Assembly (NCBI GenBank): GCA_002269645.1
Contig: NIVC01002367.1
Coordinates: 1-64,000, forward strand
Source: Macrostomum lignano
Taxonomy: Eukaryota
Length of the DNA stretch: 64,000 bases
Direction: 5' to 3'
This document shows positions 60,046 to 64,000 of the stretch, piece after piece. How positions within the stretch are numbered: the stretch's first letter is position 1; each line of letters starts with the position of its first letter. The translations under genes were made by a program, and so were the position numbers. The notes beneath the pieces were generated by a model. It did no database searches. It was given only the letters and a program-made list of their open reading frames with translations, and was not told the origin of the DNA.

Positions 60046-63000
60046 TCAGCAGCTTGTGCATGAAGCACTTTCAACACCTCGACATGGCAGACTGGGACAT
60101 CGGTGGTGAACAGAATCCCGAGATCAGTATCCTCATCGGAGCTGACCAATTCTACGACCTCGTCACAGGTCAAGTGATTCGCTCAGAGGTCGGCTCCGGT
60201 CCAGTTGCCGTATCCAGTCAGCTCGGTTGGTTGCTGTGCGGGTCACTGTCAGATGGGATCGCCGCAAGTGAGCTAGAGACTAGGTCAGAGCAGGTTCTTC
60301 TCTGCTGTGCTCAAGGAGCGGAGAAAGGTCTGGACAGCAGCACCATCGAGGCGTTCTGGACTTTAGAAGGTCTCGGCATCAGAAGTGCAGCCGAGCCTGA
60401 TCAGCGTCCACTGACTCTGAATGCCCAGTTCCAAGAGGGTCGCTACTCAGTTCAGCTGCCGTGGAAGATTCCCAAGAAGGAATTAAGATTGCCCGACAAT
60501 TTTGAGGTAGCGTTCAAGAGACTAAAGAACAATCTGACGAGGCTGCGTCGTGAGCCTGCGCTACTTCAGGAGTACCACCGCATTCTGACCAGTCAGAAGG
60601 AAGCTGGCGTAGTCGAAGAAGCTCCAGATGGGACCAGCGATCTCATCCACTACCTACCCCACCGAGCCGTAATCCGTCCTGAAGCTGAATCGACCAAAGT
60701 TCGAGTGGTTTTCGACGCGAGTGCCAAGCGAGATCAGTGCAGTCCATCGCTGAATGACTGTCTGGAAACAGGAACCTGTTCGTTGGCCGAGATTCCGCGA
60801 CTGCTTCAGGCCTTTCGACTTCATCCGATCGCCTTGACTGCCGATATTGAGAAGGCTTTTTTGCAGATCCGAATTGCAGAAGACGATCGCGATGCTCTAC
60901 GATTCCTCTGGCCACGGGATCCCAGTCAAGCTGATTCACCTCTCGTTGTTCTGCGCTACGCTGCTCTGGTGTTCGGACTCACCTGCTCACCTGCCGTCCT
61001 GGAGACTGTCATTCAACACCACTTGGCATCTCACCGAGGCCAGCATGCAGAGTTCGTGGATAAGGTGTCCAAAGAAATCTATGTGGACAACCTGATCTCT
61101 GGGTGCGTGGATGAACAGCAGGCCCTGGATCTCATCCAAAAATCCCGGCACATATTCCAACAGGCTGGAATGAATCTGCGACACTGGCAGTCCAACAGCA
61201 AGAATGTATTGAAAGCGGTTCGCGCCAGCACACTAGACAGTGATGTTCTTGCTCCGGCGTTGTCGGCGGTGACAAAGGACATCACGGAGGACCCCTCCAG
61301 CTATTCAGCCGCCTCCTTGGGCGAAGATGGCGTATCGTCAAAAGTCCTCGGGCTGCGATGGGAGACAGGATCGGACGTGTTCGTGCTGCAGTTTTCTCCG
61401 CCAGAAGATTTGCTCAAGGCGTCGCCCTCCAAGCGTGTCGTGCTACAGCTGCTGGCCCGTGTCTACGATCCTCTGGGCTTCCTGGTTCCGCTGCTTACGT
61501 TGCCGAAATCGATGTTCCAGAAGCTGTGCGTTGAAAAGATCGCTTGGGACTGCCCGCTAAAGGAGCCGATTAAGCAGCAGTGGCTGAAGTGGTTGCAGGA
61601 GATGCTGGCAGGTCGATTTCAAGTTCCAAGGTTGGTGCTTTCGGCGACGAAGGAGGTCGAGGAGATACAGCTGCATGGGTTCTGTGATGCGTCAATCAAA
61701 TGCTATGCGGCGTGTCTTTACCTGCGAGTGCAGTACACCGATGGTTCCGTCAGCTACAACCTGGTGGCCGCCAAGGCGAGAGTGGCTCCACTGTCGGTTC
61801 TTTCAATTCCTCGGCTCGAACTCCTGGTGCCTTGATACTCGCCAGACTGTTGACATCATCCATGAGTCAGTATCCTCATGTTCGCCAGGTGTTTTGCTGG
61901 ACAGACAGTGCCGACACGCTCTACTGGATCCGGCAGCACAGACCCTGGAAGCTCTTTGTTCATAATCGGGTGACGGAGATCCGCCGCCTGGTGCCAGAGG
62001 ATGCCTGGAGACATGTCCCAGGCGAGGAGAATCCGGCGGACGTTGCATCTCGAGGAACATCAGCGAGCAAGTTGAAGGCGGACGACAGCTGGTGGCACGG
62101 TCCAGACTGGCTGGCACGACCTCCTGACGATTGGCCGACCAATCCTTTCTCAGCTTACCGACAGCGGCAGTTGCCGAGGAGCAAAAGACACAAGTGAACC
62201 GTCCAGTTGTTCTGCTAACTGAAGCCGGTCCTGACATCAGTCTACAGAAGTTCTCAATGACACGAACTTCTCATCCTGGATCAAGCTGATTCGGGTGACA
62301 GCCTATGTCCTACGCTTCGTCAGAAACCTGCAAGCTAGAACTTCTGCAGCGGGGGAGGAGCGAGTGGGACCACTGGCTGCAGCAGAAGTCCTTGAAGCTG
62401 AAGAGCGCTGGCTGCGAGAAGTGCAGAAACGGAGTTTTCAAGCCGAAATTGCTCACATTCAGGAGTCAGCGGCCAGTACAGATCTCAGCAGGCAGTTGAA
62501 TCTTTTTCTCGACAACAAGAGTATTCTCCGAAGCCAAGGTCGATTGAAGGAGTCCAACGCCTCTGCCGAGGTTGACTGTCCGATTCTGATCCCGAGCAAG
62601 TCACACCTGGAGCTTCTTCTCATCTGGGACGCTCACGCCAAGGTTCTGCACGGGGGAGTGCCCAGCACTCTTTGTAAGCTGCGAGAGAGATTCTGGCTAA
62701 TCAGAGGAAGACAGCGAGTCAAGTCGATCCTGAGAAGTTGCTTTGTCTGCAGACGTCTTCAAGGACTACCATATGCAGTGAAGCAAATCCCAGCCTTACC
62801 TGAAGCACGCGTGAAGTCTGGGAGAGCCTTTGAGTGGTGCGGACTCGACTACTGCGGACCTGTCAAACTGATGGAGGACACAGAGATCGAGAAAGGCTAT
62901 ATCCTGGTTTTCACCTGTGCGGCCACGCGAGCCCTTCACCTGGAACTGGTGAGCGACTTGACGACCGAGACCTTCCTGCGAGCCCTCCGACGGTTCTGTG

Positions 63001-63748
63001 CTCGAGAGGAATTCCCAATCTCATCAGTGACAACGCCAAGACATTCACCAAGGCTGCCAAAATACTTCAGGCGTCGGAGAGTCGACAAGTTCAAGACTTC
63101 TGCGCCACCAGGAAAATCACCTGGCAATTCATCGTCGAACGCGCACCGTGGCAAGGAGGCTTCTGGGAGCGACTGATGAGGGACATCAAGCTGGCTTTGC
63201 GCAAGACCATCCTCAACGCAACCCTGACGCTGGACGAACTGCGGACAGTGCTAATGGAGGTGGAAGCGGTGCTCAACAGTCGGCCTCTACTCTACGTGGA
63301 TGCCGAAACCAACGGAGAAGTCCTGACGCCGGCGCACTTTCTGGTCCTGCAACGGCTGACGGCGGAGCCAACTTCTAGCGGTACGCCCGAGCTCCTGCTG
63401 CCGTTGCCAACACTGCTGAGGCGAATGCGCGCCAGACTGCAAGCCTTCTGGGACTGCTGGGAGCGACAGTATCTGACCAGCCTGCGAGAACATAATCTAA
63501 GTCCCAAGCATGGCGTAACTCGAGAAGCGACGGCCGGCGACATCGTCCTGGTGAAAGGTGAGGCCGGGCAGCCGAGGCTTACCTGGTGTACCGGTGTCAT
63601 CGAGTCGGTGCATCCTGGCCGAGACGGGGCGGTGAGATCTGCAACGGTTCGAGTCGCGCCCAGACCTGGCCGCGGTGCCAGGAGATGCTTGATTCGCCGA
63701 CCGGTGGAGAACCTGATTTTGCTGGAAGCTGTGAAAACTGAATGAACT
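60046..63748 (+). CDS. Pao pol (RT, RNase H, integrase) with four apparent single-base frameshifts (~61826, ~62145, ~62243, ~63004)
   Basis: YLPHRAV, DIEKAFLQI, FGLTCSP, YVDN, LHGFCDAS, WTDS, H..H/C..C, GLDYCGP, SDNA, GGFWERL. Confidence 0.93.
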
Positions 63749-64000
63749 TAAGTAACTGACTTTCAATGACTGTTCTAATCGTTGTTTCGAGTTTCTGTTT
63801 AGTTTTAGTTCGCAGTAATTTTCACTCCCTTTCAATCTTACCTTTTGAGCTCCTTAGCGCTGATTGGATTTTTTTGAGTTTCGTTTTCCCTTTGTTCCTA
63901 CTTTTTCGTTAACTCAGTACTCTGGTGATGGTGTGTCACATTTTTAGTCATCAAGTCTGTTGTAATGTTGGAGCGTTTTTTGTTGTTCATTTGTTTTTTG

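Larger units (their letters stand above)
52450..63748 (+). mobile_element. BEL/Pao LTR retrotransposon internal region, interrupted by a LINE; LTRs not delimited
   Basis: PBS, gag with three Cys-His knuckles, protease, RT, RNase H and integrase in Pao order. Confidence 0.95.

Overview
Repeat-rich eukaryotic (metazoan) genomic DNA: GC-richer exons, AT-rich or satellite-filled GT-AG introns. The style resembles a Macrostomum-like flatworm, but that is inference only. The left third carries three minus-strand host genes: a MAP-kinase fragment, a complete 4-exon PrimPol (647 aa by my splicing, with a 24-bp coding VNTR) and a complete 3-exon STARD7-like lipid-transfer gene (344 aa). The middle holds a young foldback/Mutator-like element (about 770-bp TIRs, 9-bp TSD), a MITE-like element with Helitron-type ends, two orphan ORF/gene candidates and many distinct satellites. 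The right third is mobile DNA. It starts with an intron-containing Helitron (STPR-like repeats, OTU protease, HUH Rep and PIF1 helicase in one spliced frame), followed by an inverted copy of its own 5' end and an RPA70-like OB-fold gene sharing the RepHel 3' flank. Next is a BEL/Pao retrotransposon interrupted by a full-length LOA-like LINE with a 14-bp TSD. The most striking hidden feature is an HDV-like ribozyme fold whose predicted cleavage site coincides with the LINE 5' boundary. All calls were made by eye; no searches were run, and satellite boundaries are approximate.
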